64,000 nt of DNA from the human T2T-CHM13v2.0 reference genome, Homo sapiens: the NCBI RefSeq assembly GCF_009914755.1, contig NC_060932.1, one strand, 5' to 3'. This document shows, in pieces, positions 16,400-30,541 of this stretch. Both the position numbers and the translations under genes were made by a program. Numbering within the stretch: position 1 is the stretch's first letter; every line of letters begins with the position of its first letter. The notes beneath the pieces are model-generated. The model did not search any database. It had not been told where the DNA came from and saw only the letters and a list, made by a program, of their open reading frames with translations.

Positions 16400-18360
16400 A
16401 TTTTAAATTTGAATTAGCATTTACAAATTTCATTTTTTCCTATGCACTTTATTATATATGTATACAAATTAATGCAATGTATAGTAGTATTTTTCATGTG
16501 GTAATATATACTGAAATATACAATTATGATTATTCCTGGAGCTTTGTATAATTTATTTTCATAGCTGTAGAATGCCCTAATATGCATATACTAACATTTA
16601 TCATCTATTTTGACAAATGTTATTTTGACGTCTAAGTTATTTTGAAATTCTTTGAGGTTTCAAATAGTGCTGCATTGAGTATTCTTGTACATGTCTATAA
16701 GAGAAAATATTCAAGAGTTTCTCTAAGACATAAACCTATAGTGGAATCACTTAGTTGAAGCATGTGCAGCTTTTCAACTTTATTAGGAATTCACCAACTT
16801 AGTTATCAAATACCATTGTGCTAAACTGCACTCTCACTGTCAGTGGTTAAAATTTTAGTTTTTTCACATTCACTTAAATATTTGTTTGCCGTTCTGTTAT
16901 ATGTGAAATTGAATTTCACTGTGGCTTTCTGTATATTTCCATGATTACCTATGAGGTTGAACATTTATATACTTATTGACAACCTCATTTCTGACTAACA
17001 GATATTTGTAATATGTGTGGCTACTAGGTTATGTTGATAATATAAACATTGCAATTTGACTATCCCCATTTGTGACATGTTCTTTATTGTTTATGTTGTT
17101 TTTTGACATGCATAAAATTTTATTTAAATACAGCTAAACTTTCAATGTTTTAAATTATTATGTATACTTTATTTTTAAGAAAAAATGATCCCCTTTTGGA
17201 AATTAAAAAAAAATTTCATTTTTTTACTAAAGCTTTAAAATTCTCATTTTTCTCAGTAATGTACTTTTGTGTATAGTGTGAGATAGGAATCTATATAGTT
17301 TAATATATCATTCCAACTGTAGGTTTTAAATCAGTCTGACCTTTTTGCAGTGATATTCAATTACATTTTTTTCACCAATGACATTTCCCTATAGACATAT
17401 GTTTGTTTTGTGGCTCTTTTTCTCTTCTGTCTGCTCATTTATCTCTACATCAATACTGTACTTACAGTCCTATTATAAATTTATCATAACATTTAACATC
17501 TAATAGGGCAAGTCGACACCCCCCAATTGTTTTAATTACAAAATATTTTAACTGTACTTGGCCTTTTACTCTTTCATACAAATTTTTGAATAAGTTTGCC
17601 CTGATACGCACAAAAACTTAAACATTTTTACTGGAATTCTTTTATTTTATACACACACATACATAGAATTTAGAACATTTAATTATTATAAAGCACATTT
17701 TTCTAAATACTTATTACTAATTTTTATGCATTATTTTTATTTAACACATTTATTTGTATAATCTTATATTCAATATCCTTATTTAACTCTTTTTAAAAAA
17801 ATAACTTGTTTCAGTTTCTAAGTCAATAATTATGTTGTCAATGAATAAGAGTATTTTCTATTTCATTGTTACACCTTTATTTGTTTTTCTTGAGTTGCTG
17901 CACTGACTGATTTGTTTAGTGCGATATTTAATATCCTTTATGATAAAAGGATTTTGTTTTATTCAAACTCTTAAAGCTAATATTTCTAACATTTTTATAT
18001 CCATTTTTTGTTGTAGGGTTTTTGATAGATGCACCTTATTCAATTTTAAAAATTTGCTCTATTCCTAGATGGCTGAAAAATTGTTTATATTTTTAATTTT
18101 AATCTTGAATTTGAAAACTTTAGTGAAATATTTGTTTCTGCACCTAGTGAGCTGATAATTTTCTCTTCCCTTTAATCTAGTAATATGGTAAAGTACTATC
18201 CTAAAGTTAAACCATCTTTATATTCCTTGAATAATTGAACTTGGTTATGACTTTCTAAATATATTTTAGAAGATTCACTTTGGTTGCATTTCATTTGTTC
18301 CTTTGGATTTATGTATAAAAGTAAAATTAGCTAATACCTTTATTGTGTCATGATATCCTT
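16400..18360 (-). mobile_element. Ancient L1M fragments
   Basis: T-rich strand with degenerate L1 motifs (aatagtgctgcattgagtattcttgtacatgtc; gtatagtgtgagataggaatc; gttaaaccatctttatattcc). Confidence 0.6.
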
Positions 18361-18369
18361 GTCTGGAGT

Positions 18370-18736
18370 TGGGGTTGTAGGATAAAGATTACTATAGTGT
18401 TATACAGAGATACAATCACCATAGCACAAAGAAGAGAAAAGATTATTTCTCAGTTCATATTCAGGCAGATGTTTCAGATATTAAGACATCTACAGACCAA
18501 GTTGCTTCTAAACTGTCCCTACACAAAACCTCACTGTATCATCCTCATTCTGCTAAATGGAAACTAGTCATTTGCATTTAATCCACTTTTATTGCTTTAG
18601 AGAGAGGAAGAGAAAATGAGAGGCAACTAGCTTCTTTTTTTAAGGATGTTATTCCAAAGTTTTTGTAAATGATTTCTGCTTGTTTCTTACTGGCTAAAAT
18701 ATAGATTCATAGCCTATCTAGCTTTGAGGAAAACTG
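18370..18736 (-). mobile_element. MLT1-type MaLR LTR (continues at ~20605-20660 after the L1)
   Basis: ttctgcttgtttcttactggctaaaa...ctagctttgaggaaaactgg | gaaatgcagtatct parallels MLT1J/K-type ends. Confidence 0.5.
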
Positions 18737-20597
18737 GCACAAGACAATGATGCTGTCTCTCACCATTTCTATTAAACATAGTATTGGAAGTCCTAGCCAA
18801 AGCAATCAGGCAAGAGAAAGAAAGGTCATCCAAACAGGAAGGGAAGAAGTCAAACTATATCTGTTTGCAGATGACATGATTCTATATCTAGAAAACCCTC
18901 ATCCCAAAAACTTCTCCAGCTGATAAACAACTTCAGCAAAGTTGCAGTATACAAAATTGGTGTACAAAAATCACAAGCATTCCTATACACCAGCAACAGC
19001 CAAACCAAGAGTCAAATCAGAAAGGCAATCCCATTCACAACTGCCACAAAAAGCATAAAATAACTAGGAATACAGCTAATGAGAGAGCTGAAAGATCTCT
19101 ATGTGAGAATTACAAAACACTGCTCAAAGAAATCAGAGAAGACACAAACAAATGGAAAATTATCCCAAGCTTATGGATAGAGTGAATCAACATCATTAAA
19201 ATGGTTATACTGCCCAAAGCCATTTGTAGATTCAATGCTACTCCTATCAAACTACTAACCATATTCTTCACAGAATTAGGGGAAACAAAGTAATTAAAAC
19301 TTACGTGGAACTAAAAAGAGCCTGAATAGCTGAAGCAATCCTAAGCAAAAAGAACAAAGCTGGAGGCAGTAAGTTACCTGGCTTCAAACCATCTACCAGG
19401 CTACGGTAACCAAAACAGCATGGTACTGGTACAAAACCAGGCCCATAGACCAATGGAACAGAATAGAGAGCCCAGAAATAAAGCCGCACATCTGATCTTC
19501 AACAAAGCTGACAAAAACAAGCAATGGGGAAATGACTCCATATTCAATAAATAGTGCTGGGGTAACTAGCTAGCCATATGCAGAAGACTGAAGCTGAATC
19601 CCTTCCTTACATCATACACAGAAATCAATGGAAGATGAATTAAAGACTTTACTGTAAAACCCAAAACTATAAAATCCCTGGAAGACAACCTAGGCAATAC
19701 CATCCTGGACATAGGAACGGGCAAAGATTTTTATGACAAAAACACCAAAATCAATTATAACAAAAGCGAAAATTGAAGTGGAATTTAATTAAACATAGAG
19801 CTTTTGCATAGCAAAACAAACTATCAATAGAGTAAACAGCCTACAGAATGGGAGAAAATATTTGCAAACTGTGCATCTGACAAAGGTCTAATATTCAGCA
19901 TCTGTAAGGAACTTAAATTTACAAGAGAAAGATACAGTCCCATTAAAATGTGGGAAAAGGATATGAACAGTCACTTCTCAAAAGAAGATATGCAGGCAAT
20001 AATCATATGTTTTAAAAAAAGCTCAGCATCACTGGTCATTAGAAAAATGTAAACCAAAACCACAATGAGATACCATCTCACACCAGTCAGAAAGTCTATT
20101 ATTAAAAAAGTCAAAAAGCAGATGCTGGCAAGGTTGCAGAGAAAAGGGGACACTTATACACTGTTGGTAGGAGTGTAAATTAGTTCAACCATTGTGGAAA
20201 GCAGTATAGTTATTCCTCAAAGGGCTAAAAGCAGAACAATCATTAGACCCAACAATCCCATTATTGGGTATATACCTAGGGGAATGTAAATCATTCTGCC
20301 ACAAAGACACATGCAGGCAAGTGTTTCAGGAACAAAAACCAAATACTGCACGTTCTCACTTATAAGTAGGAGTTAAATGATAAGGACTTATCAACACAAA
20401 GAAGGAAACAACAGACACTGGGGTCTATTTGAGGAGATACGGTGGCAGGTGGAGAAGGAGCAGAAAAGATAACTATTGGGTACTGGGCTTAATACCTGGG
20501 TGATAAAGTAATATGTACAACAAACCCCCGTGACACATGTTTACCTATGTAACGAACCTTCACATGTACCCCCAAACCTAAAATAACAGTTAAAAAA
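18737..20597 (+). mobile_element. 5'-truncated L1PA15/16-like LINE (ORF2 3' half + 3'UTR), degenerate
   Basis: ORF2 nucleotide motifs (tgtttgcagatgacatgatt = FADD region); 3'UTR gagcagaaaagataactattgggtactgggcttaatacctgggtga; internal deletion near 20326. Confidence 0.92.
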
Positions 20598-20799
20598 AGG
20601 AATAATAAGAAATGCAGTATCTAACTGGTGGCCTATGAGCCCAGGCAAAATTTTATGGATTATATTACCACATTTACCAATCTTTATCACAATAATTTAT
20701 ACTGATTCATGCATTGATAGGACAGACTGCTGTATTTCAAGTTCTTGGAACAATTATATATGATGAATCATTTATTTTTCCATCTGTGTGTGATGTTTT

Positions 20800-20892
20800 A
20801 TTTTTCTTCCTTCCTTTTCTCCCTCCCTTCCTTCCTCCTTTTCTCCCTTCTTCCTTTTCCTTTGTCTCTCTTTCTTTCTCTTCCTCTCTCTC
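20800..20892. repeat. CT-rich low-complexity tract
   Basis: Nearly pure pyrimidine (cttc/ctt/ct) run. Confidence 0.9.
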
Positions 20893-20899
20893 TGGATTG

Positions 20900-22450
20900 G
20901 ATATTTAAGCAGTGATTTATCTTATCAATATGTAGACCTTATTAATGCTTTTTATTTCTTATTGGGTTAATTTTTGTAAATTATATTTTTCTAGTGTATT
21001 CTCTAGAATGTGAGATGTTTTCAAGTTGAAGTAGTCATAGTGTATGTATTTTTATATATCTTTTGAAAAACACTGCTGTTATTTACCCTTCTGTACTGTT
21101 AATATTGCTTATTTGAAACTTATTTTATTTTGTTTAATCAAAATTGTCATAGGTTTATCTATTTCATTAATTTCTCTTTTAAATAACCAATATTCAGATT
21201 TAAGAATCTTATGTATTGCATTTTACCTTCAATTTCATTACATTTTAATTTTATATTTATTGTATACTTTTCTATGTACTTTTGATTTTTTGAAATAATT
21301 ACCCTATTAATTTTCAGGTTTATTTCCTCTTATAAGCACTTAAAGGAAAAATTATAGATAGCATTTTCATTATATTTACATATTTTCAGATATCCATCAT
21401 GATTTATGCTCAGAATTGTGCTTTTTAATTTTTAATTTATTTTATTATTTTTGCTTATGTGTTGGTATCTAATGATAATTATGTCTGAGTGTTGTTTGTA
21501 TTTTTTAAAAATTCAGTACTTTTCCTTTCAATCTAATAAAAATATTACTTTCTTTTCCACAAATACTTGAAAAGAATGTGTATTCTCTGTTGACTACTGG
21601 GTTATCTGTGTCTATTAAGTAATTTGTAATCACTTTGTTTAAATCTTCTTTATTATTGATTTTTTAAATTGATCCATCAATTATGAGAGTTGTATTAAAC
21701 TATATTGATTATGGATTTGCCCATTACTTTTTATGGTTATTTATATTTTTGCTTGATGGATTTTTAGGTTATGATTAGTCACGTTCTTCTGTTAGTTTAC
21801 ATGCAAAGTTTCTGTGTCCTATGTCTTGAACAGGCAGATTTTAAATTGCAAATAGCTGGATTGTATTTTATCCAACAAAATCATCCCTTTTCCTATTTTC
21901 CTATTTAACTCTTGAGTTCAATCAATAAGTATTTATTATAATTAATGATAGTTTTGTACATATATGCTAATTTCTGCTTTCTTTACATATGACTTACAAT
22001 ATATTAATCTGATATACCTAGATACTATGCTTTCTTTATATATTTTGATTGATTTTTATTTGTATGCCCCCACAACCTTGACAATAAATTGAAGTATATA
22101 CATTTCATTTTTATTTTAGATACTCTTAAAATGTTAATACAGATACTTCTTTAGTAAGGATGAATACTAATTATTATTTTTTCTTCTCTCTCCCTCCATC
22201 CCCATAATATGAAGTTCTTTGTAACAGTTTAAACCTGTCACTCCACTTTTGTTTTATATCTGAATTTGTTGTAGGTCAGGTTCTGCTGTTTGCTTTTCCT
22301 GCAAACTCTGCCTTATATTGATTAACTTCCTGTTGTATTTTTAAGTTTGGTCCTGTGAACTCATGCTCACTAGAGCATTATCTGAGAGAATTTTATGAGG
22401 ACTTGGGATGAGAATGTATACTTCCAAAGCATATTTTAGCTGTTATATTG
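20900..22450 (-). mobile_element. Ancient L1M fragments
   Basis: cttgaaaagaatgtgtattctctgttg; tatgtcttgaacaggcag; T-rich degenerate ORF2. Confidence 0.5.
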
Positions 22451-23009
22451 ACAGAAAAATTAAAGCCTGGGATGGCTTTTTCTGCTTTTCTGCTTTTTCT
22501 GCTTTCTCAAGCTTTGGAGTTTGTGGGCAACAATACAAAGAGTGCTAATTCAATATCAAATACACAGCAGGATAGACTTCTGGCTACAGATTTCTTGGGG
22601 GTGACTATTTTTGTTACTTAGGTCAGAAAGCAGATAAGCTTTCTTTCTTTTTTTCTTTTTTCCTAGTCTACCCTTTCACTAGAAATGTAGACTCACAGTT
22701 TTGTTCTCCACATACTCTGATATTCCTGTATCCATAAGATTCTTAAAACCTCAGATCTAGATTTTTAAGACTAGGAGATGATCCGGAATGACCAAAACTT
22801 CGGGACTGTTTTACACAAAAGTTTCATATTTTCCTCTCTGGTTTTGGGGCCTGCATGTCCAGTGCAAAAATTAAGAATTGGCATTCTATTAGGAAGATAA
22901 AATCTGAGCTTTTATAAATAGAAGACATTTAGAAATGACTGATCCAATAAAAGATACTTTGACTTGACCCACATACAGATGTCTGCTCTGTTTGATTAAG
23001 AGGAAATAA

Positions 23010-23299
23010 GGCCAGGCACAGTGGCTCACATCTATAATCCCAGCACTTTTGGGGAGGCAAAGAGGGAGGATGGCTTGAGCCCAGGAGTTTGAGAACAGTC
23101 TAGGCAACATAAATAGACCACTATCTCTACAAAAATATAAAAAAGTAGCCGGGTGTGGTGGTGTCTGCCTGTAATCTCAGCTACTTAGGAGGGTAAGGTG
23201 AGAGGATCCCATGAGTGCAGGAGTTCAAAGCTACTGTTGAGCTGTGATCCTGCCACTACACTCCATCCTGGGCCACAGAGTGAGGAAAAAAAAAAAAAA
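23010..23299 (+). mobile_element. AluJ SINE
   Basis: ggccaggcacagtggctc...gcttgagcccaggagtttgag; imperfect TSD aggaaataa/aagaaataa. Confidence 0.93.
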
Positions 23300-23380
23300 G
23301 GAAGAAATAAGGAGGTTATTTGTAATATTAATCAAACAGCGTGTAGTTTCTGGCATGTAATGAATATTAAAATAGCATCC

Positions 23381-23734
<354 letters not shown>

Positions 23735-25382
23735 TCAAAGATTTTTATTTTTGTAAGCAATAGCAGTAAAATGAGGATTAGAATTTAGAAACTCCAGCCT
23801 AGATCTCTTTGTAAGACTCATAATATAGCACAGAATGGATTTTCTTCCTTTTTTCCCTAGTATATATTTATTAATAGCTCCCAAATAAATAAAAGACTTG
23901 CTGTGATAATTCATTAACACAGAACTTGCCCCAGATCCTCTTAGGTATTTAGACTAATTGGAATAATAACCAATCAAGTTTTGTGTTGCTTGAGAAAAGC
24001 TATAATTAAAACAACATATGTATCTAAATATAACTTTAATTTACTTAATATTAAAGTATTTGACACAGTAAACTTGTGATTATATTGTTTAGCTAACACT
24101 TTAATATAGTAGTGAAAGTGTGTAAATGTCATTCTGTGCTCTACACACATGCATAGTTGAATAAAAATGATATAGAAAGGGCATTATGGAAGCTTTTCTT
24201 CTTTCCTTATTTAAAAGTCTCAGCTGTCTTAGCTGAACAAGCTGGAATTTTAAGATACAGTTGAATTGTGTGATTGGATTTTCTTTTTAATTGCTCTGTG
24301 ACAGACTTCACAGAACCATGTTAAATTTGAGAGGAGAAATTACAAAAGAGAGGTTCACCTGAGTTGTATCTGTCAGAAAGAGAACTGTTGAAACATGGAT
24401 AATGGGTGTATACCCTGGGTTTCTTTGATTTATTTGCCTAAGGTCTCCTCTGTAGTAATATGTCTGGCTAAGGTTTTCAAAGAGTGAAAGTTGCTAGACT
24501 GTAGAGCTATTTAATAAAAACGTTTCTGACTGGCTTTCAAGATAGTCAACCTCCCCAAAGACAGGAAAGCCTAGTTTGAGGGGAAAAAAAATAGGTTAAT
24601 TGATCTTCATGTGAAACTTTCTGGATAACTAGATAGATATTAACCTTCCCAAAAATTCAGAGCTAAATCCTCTCTGCTTGAAATATGGTGCTTTTATAAA
24701 GCTAAACTTCCACTAAATGAACTAAACACTTTGGAGTACAAACACAGAAATGAACATTTTATCCTCAGCTTGATTAGCACAATTTATGAAAGTTCTGGGT
24801 ATGGTACAGGGAGCACTGGATGAGTTACTATAGGGAATTATAAGGGAAAAAACAGTCTGCCCAACTAGGTTTATAGTCCCAAAAAAGACTGTATGGAAAG
24901 GCCTAAAAAGGGTACTTTAAAGGGAAATAACCACCCCCCAACACTTTTCACTGTAATTGGTCCCTTTGAGCCTAGCTCTGCCTGAAGCAGATATAATTTC
25001 AAAAGGAAGCAGACAACCTAGCTGGGCTCTTGTTTAAATGATCTGAGAGGAAGCATGGGGTAAATCAGGGGGCATATTCCTTGGAGATATTTCTGTCATT
25101 GAGGTAGGATCTCTGTTTAGCTCAAGTGATATCTTGGACCCTTCTTACATCTTTTATTTTTACATTTTTCCACTATCCTGGGTTTCCTACTGTATAAATA
25201 TCTTGGTAGTAACTTTCAAGCCTCATGCTTTATTGTTAATGCTGATAAACAAATAGTGTTTTCACATATACACAAAAATAATATATGTAAATATCTATAG
25301 CTATCGCTATGCATGTTAATCTATCATCTATGAAATTTTTTAAAGGAGTAATTAACATTATTTGTGCAATAATGGAACTATA

Positions 25383-26469
25383 TGCATGCATCACTTAATG
25401 ACAAAGATACATTCTGAGAAATGTGTCCTTAGGGCACTTTGTTGTTCATACCTAGGCTGTATGGTACAGCCTATTGCTTCTAGGCTACAAACCTGTACAG
25501 CATGTTACTGTACCAAATACTATTGGGAATTTTAACACAATTGTAAGTATTTATATATCTAAACATGGGAAAGTTACAATACAATATGGTGTAAAAGACA
25601 AAAGGTGGAATACCTGTATAGGGCAATTACCATGAAGGGAGCTTACAGGACTGGAGGTTGTCATGAGTGAGTGAGTGAGTGTCTGGTGAGTAAATGTGAA
25701 GTCATAGGATATTACTGTACTCTACTGTAGATAGTATAAACACTGTACCTTTAGGCTATATGAAATTTATAGAAAAATTCTTCAATAGTAAGTTAACCTT
25801 AGCTTCCTGTGACTTTTTCACTTAAGCTTTTTTAAAACTTCTTGACTCATAACAGCTGGAAACAAACACATTGCACAGTTACATAAAAACATTTTTTTTC
25901 TTCCTATCCTTATTCTACAAGCTTTTTTCTGTGTTTAAAATCTTTATGTATTCATTTTAAAATTCTTTTTAGTTAAAAACTAAGACATAAACACATACGT
26001 TAGCCTGGGCCTACAAAGGGTCAGGATCATCAATATCTTCTGGTTCCATATCTTGTTTCGCTGGAAGATCTTCAGAGTCAATAACATTGAAGGAATTATC
26101 ATCTCCTATGATAACGATGCCTTCTGGAATATCTCCTGAAGAACATACCTGAGGCTTTTTATAAGTAGAAGGAGTACTCTCTAAAGCAATAATAAAAAGT
26201 ATAGTATAGTAAATAGATAAGCCAGTAACACAGTCATTTCTTATCAGAATAAATATAGACAATGCATAATTGTAGCTATACTTTTATATGATTAGTAGTA
26301 CAGCATCACCACAAACACAGGAGTAATTCGTTGTGCTAAGATGTTACAATGGCTACAATATCACTAGGTGATAGGGATTTTTCAGCTCTATTATAATCTT
26401 ATGGGACCACCATCATGTATGTTGTGTGGTCCATCACTGACTGAAGTGTCACTATGCGGTGCATGACTG
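25383..26469. mobile_element. Tigger3/Tigger3b (Golem) TcMar DNA transposon relic
   Basis: TIR-like ends catgcatcacttaatgac / gtcactatgcggtgcatgactg; internal ggtacagcctattgcttctaggctacaaacctgtacagcatgttactgtac. Confidence 0.85.
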
Positions 26470-26731
26470 ACTGTATATCTAAAAAAATCCTCATTCTTCC
26501 CAGAAAATTGTAAAAATGAAATAAATATTTATTTAAAATATATCTAATACTGAGCCATGTGCTAGATATTATAAAGGATAAAAATACAAAAGAATTGTGT
26601 ATTGTACAAAAGCCATTTCATGGTTGTGAAGTACCTACAATCTAGTGATAGATGCAAAATAATTAGAATCATGGCAGATATTGATGAGTGCCTTGAGAAA
26701 TAGAGAAGAAAAGTGCTGTATTAGTTTAGAA

Positions 26732-26885
26732 CAGTGTTTCTTAAAATTTGTTATCAGAATCTCTGAGACCTTGTTAATTATGCAGATTTGGATTCTTTGT
26801 TTTCTAGAATGGGCCTAGAATTTTCATTCCTAACCAAAACTCCAAGTAATTGTAATGAAATGGGCTGAGGATCAACTGAGAAACA
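26732..26885. mobile_element. MER5-type hAT-Charlie relic
   Basis: cagtgtttcttaaa...atcagaatctctg...atgcagatt...gagaaaca. Confidence 0.6.
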
Positions 26886-27105
26886 TATCAATAGATGAAA
26901 ATATTATTTCTAGCTAAGGATGATGAGAAAAAAATAAAATATTCATGAAGAATCTAAGGTTTTTACTGGCTCTTAAAAACAGAATTTAGACTTGGTGGAG
27001 ATAGTATGTATGATCCTGATAAAATGCATTGAGAATTATGCCCACAGAGGTTGCCTCTGAGACAGCTATTGGCAGTAGAACTAGGGGAAAAAAGAGTTTT
27101 ATGGA

Positions 27106-27491
27106 TGCTGTAAGTTGAATGTTTCCTCAAAACCTCATGTTGACATTTAATTTCCACTGTGACAGTATTAAAAGGTGGGACCATTAAGGGATGATTAAGA
27201 CATGACAGCTCTGCTCTCATAAATGGATTGAAGTTGTGATTGTGGGAGTGGGTTTGTTATCATGAGATTGAGCTTGTTATAAAAGCAAGTTTGTCCTCTT
27301 CTTGCTCTCTTGCATACTCTTTTGCCCTTATACCTTTCACCATGGGATGACACAGAAAGAGGTACTTGTCATCCCATGAGCCCCTTGACCTTGGGCTTCC
27401 CACCCTATGGAAATGTAAGAAATAAATCTTTGTTTATATAAGTTACCCAGTGTGTGGTATTCTGTTTAGCAACACAAAATGAACTAAGACA
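27106..27491 (+). mobile_element. MST (MSTC/D-like) MaLR solo LTR
   Basis: TG...CA ends (tgctgtaagttgaatg / gaactaagaca), aataaa signal, perfect 5-bp TSD atgga. Confidence 0.92.
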
Positions 27492-27986
27492 ATGGATTTG
27501 AGGAGTTAGCCAATATTTAGGATTCTGAAGTATTCGATGGAATGTAGCAAATATGACTTCTATTGTTAACCTAAGTTTACTTCTGTAAAAATAGAGGGGA
27601 TTGGGGAGGTTACAGGAAAATAGGATGGCAATAGTAATTTAAGGAATTATTTGTTATCCAAATGGATTTTGTTAAGGAATATTTTACATATCATGTCTTT
27701 GATGCCACGTTTCTACAATGGAGTTGTTGACGTTCTACCTGAGATGATCTTTCTTATTAGGGAGAATACAATTTTCTTTGTCAGGTTGCCTGTCAGGGAA
27801 GAGTCTTCACTTGTCTGTATTGCCTTCTATGGTCAAGAACTTCACTGTAATGAATTTGTTGCTCTCCCCAAAAGAGGTATAGCACTTATGTCTTAGTGTT
27901 AAATGGATTATATAAGTCAACATTTGCAAATCAGTTGTAACAGTGCTTATTAAATGGTGCCAACTAAATGTGAAATAAACAAAAAT

Positions 27987-28038
27987 GGAACAAAACAAAA
28001 CAAAGCAAAGCAAAGCAAAACAAAACAAAACAAAACAA
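27987..28038. repeat. (CAAAA/CAAAG)n simple repeat
   Basis: Visible pentamer run. Confidence 0.92.
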
Positions 28039-28589
28039 ATTTTCTTGGCTTCCTACTATATATTTTAGAATTATGTAAACTGTTACCTAAAATATGCTCA
28101 GTTCTTGCTACCATCTAGGGATGATCGATCCATTCCTGGATCCATATGGCTAAAGCTTAGAAGTGAAGAAAAGAAGTGTTATTTTTCGCTAAGCTGTGTG
28201 CAGCACCAGAATCCTTCTCAACACAGCATTTCAAATGGCCACTCCCAATCCATCAGAATTAGCACTTAAGAGAATTGATATTAATGAGCTCCCACAGGGC
28301 ATCCATGGTGTAACTTACTTCACAAGAAGAGGGAAGAGTGTATTTACCTTTGTAATTAATCTATTTTCAATTCCCACTGTTTCTTTTCCTACCCTGTCTT
28401 TTTGTGACTCTGATGCTTTGAGAGTTCTCTTACTCTGGTATTTCTAATAGTCAGTCATGCTAATTATGTGAATTTATAAAGAATGGGAGTCTTGTTTTAG
28501 TTTTATAGCTACAACACTTATGATTCCAGTTTGTTAGCTCAGATATAAGGTTGTTATTGATTCTTTTCCTATTGGCCCATAGCATCTGG

Positions 28590-28745
28590 GCTGGATATTT
28601 TTCATTTACCCCTCCAGATCCACTTTTCACTCTTCTAATAACCTCTTTGTGTCATCATAGCATCTGTCCTGTATAGATTGCATCATCTAGGCTTCCTTGT
28701 CCCTGACTTGGACAATGGAAGGCCCATGCAAGGGATTAGAGTGCA
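28590..28745 (+). mobile_element. LTR33-like ERVL LTR 5' fragment
   Basis: tggatatttttcatttacccctccagatccacttttcactcttct...ggcttccttgtccct. Confidence 0.65.
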
Positions 28746-29139
28746 TGATATTGAATGTCCTAGAAGAAGAGAGCTTATATAGGTAAAAGTAAAATATGCA
28801 TTTCTAGGAGGAAAAAAATAACAGATCATCAATTGTCTTTGCTTTTTATTGTGTACCTTTGAGCAGCTCTTTTTCCTCAGTTTTCTTTCTATTTCTTATG
28901 AATTTCGTTTTGTTGGTATAACACAAGGAACTGAGCCTGTCCTAACATGAAAGGGTTCTCCAAGTTTAGAAGGTGAAGAACCTAACGTGGTTCCTTAAAA
29001 AAAAAAAAAAAGAAGAAAAGAAAAAAAGCATTGCAGAAGCACCTTGAGCAAACTGTGTTTAGTTGTTCTAGATCCATCTTTTTATGACTGAGGGTCATGA
29101 AAGGTCAACATATGGACTAGCTTACTTTAAAAAAATATC

Positions 29140-29635
29140 TAAATTAACAGTTTAAAATTATATATATTTATGGTGTACACATGATGGCTTGATATGTGTA
29201 TACATTGTAAAATGGCCAAATCAAACTACATAGTACATGCATTACTTCACATGGTTTCCATTTTTGTGATAAAAACAGTCTATTAGTTATTGACAGCATA
29301 TTTCAAAATAGCTAGAAAAGAAGATTTGAAATGTACTCAGTGCAGAAAATGACAGATGTTTGAGGTCATAGGTATCCTAAATACCCTGATTTGATTATTA
29401 CTCATTATATGCATATATCAAAATATCACATGTGCCCATAAATATGTACTGTTATTAGGTATCAATATAAATAAAATACACATTTTTAAAAAAGAATCTA
29501 TTCTCTCAGCAATTCTCAAGTATACAGTATGTTGTTAATAACTATAGTCATCATGGTATTAATAGATTTCTTGAACCTATGTCTTCTGACATTTTATATT
29601 ATTTGATCAACATCACTCCAATCCACCCACCTATT
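29140..29635 (-). mobile_element. L1MA 3' end interrupted by an opposite-strand L1MA tail
   Basis: aaaattatatatatttatggtgtacacatgatg... resumes ctattctctcagcaattctcaagtatac after the insert. Confidence 0.72.
29283..29492 (+). mobile_element. L1MA 3' tail
   Basis: atatttcaaaatagctagaaaagaagatttgaaatg...aaataccctgatttgattatt. Confidence 0.8.
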
Positions 29636-29959
29636 AATTTAAAGGAGGAAGATTTTGTTTTACCTGCATCAGCACTCTACATGGTAATCCCTGTCAGATA
29701 CTACTAATCAATATGGCACTCTTTTTCACTAAGCTCCGTGCAGCACGCAAATCCTTCTTAACACAGCATTCCAAATAGCCATTCCCAATCCATCAGAATT
29801 AGTACTTAAGAGGATTCATATTTCTCATCCCTTCTAAGAATAGAAGGAAAATGAGCTTGCACAGGGCATCCATGGTGTAATTTAGCTCAAAAGAAGAAGG
29901 AAGAGTTTATATGGATTTGGAGCCACCACCCTAAGAAATAATGGAGATTCCTTTTCTAC

Positions 29960-30541
29960 AGTTAGGGAGAGATACTGGGTTAAGTTAAACAGCCAAAAGA
30001 GTAATTTTTAAAACTTTGTATATGCTAATATATAGTGCTAATCTTTATCTGATGAGAAAAGTCTACAGCTTGAATTAACCTGGTTTATGTTTGTTGGAAA
30101 TGAGAGAACTCGATCTGGAATGGGTTTAAGGAGGGCAAAACCCCACAATTTATGGACACCAAACTACAGAAATACATGGCAAAAGTGAGCAGTAGTTCAA
30201 ACCGGGAATTGAATTACAGGGATCTGCTTCTGTTTATCAGTTTCATTCTTTACAGACTGTCTTTTTCTCAATGACATGGTACATTAACACTAACATTTGC
30301 AAACTAGTACCTCATGGCTTTGCTTACAAAGAGAAAATGCCCCTTTTCCAATTAAAAGAATAAAATCTAAAAAGCATATAACGGGCTTGGTTTGGAACAT
30401 GCTTTGGGGGTGGAATACTATGATTGGTTCATCTCTAGATCCATATGTCTAAAGCTTAGAAGTAAAGAGCTCAAAAAAGAAAAATAAAGTGCTTTTGAAA
30501 AGAGCATACGTTATTGGGCAGACCAAATAATGATCACTACA
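29960..30541 (-). mobile_element. Old MLT1-type MaLR LTR
   Basis: Degenerate; ends gggcagaccaaataatgatcactaca. Confidence 0.4.
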
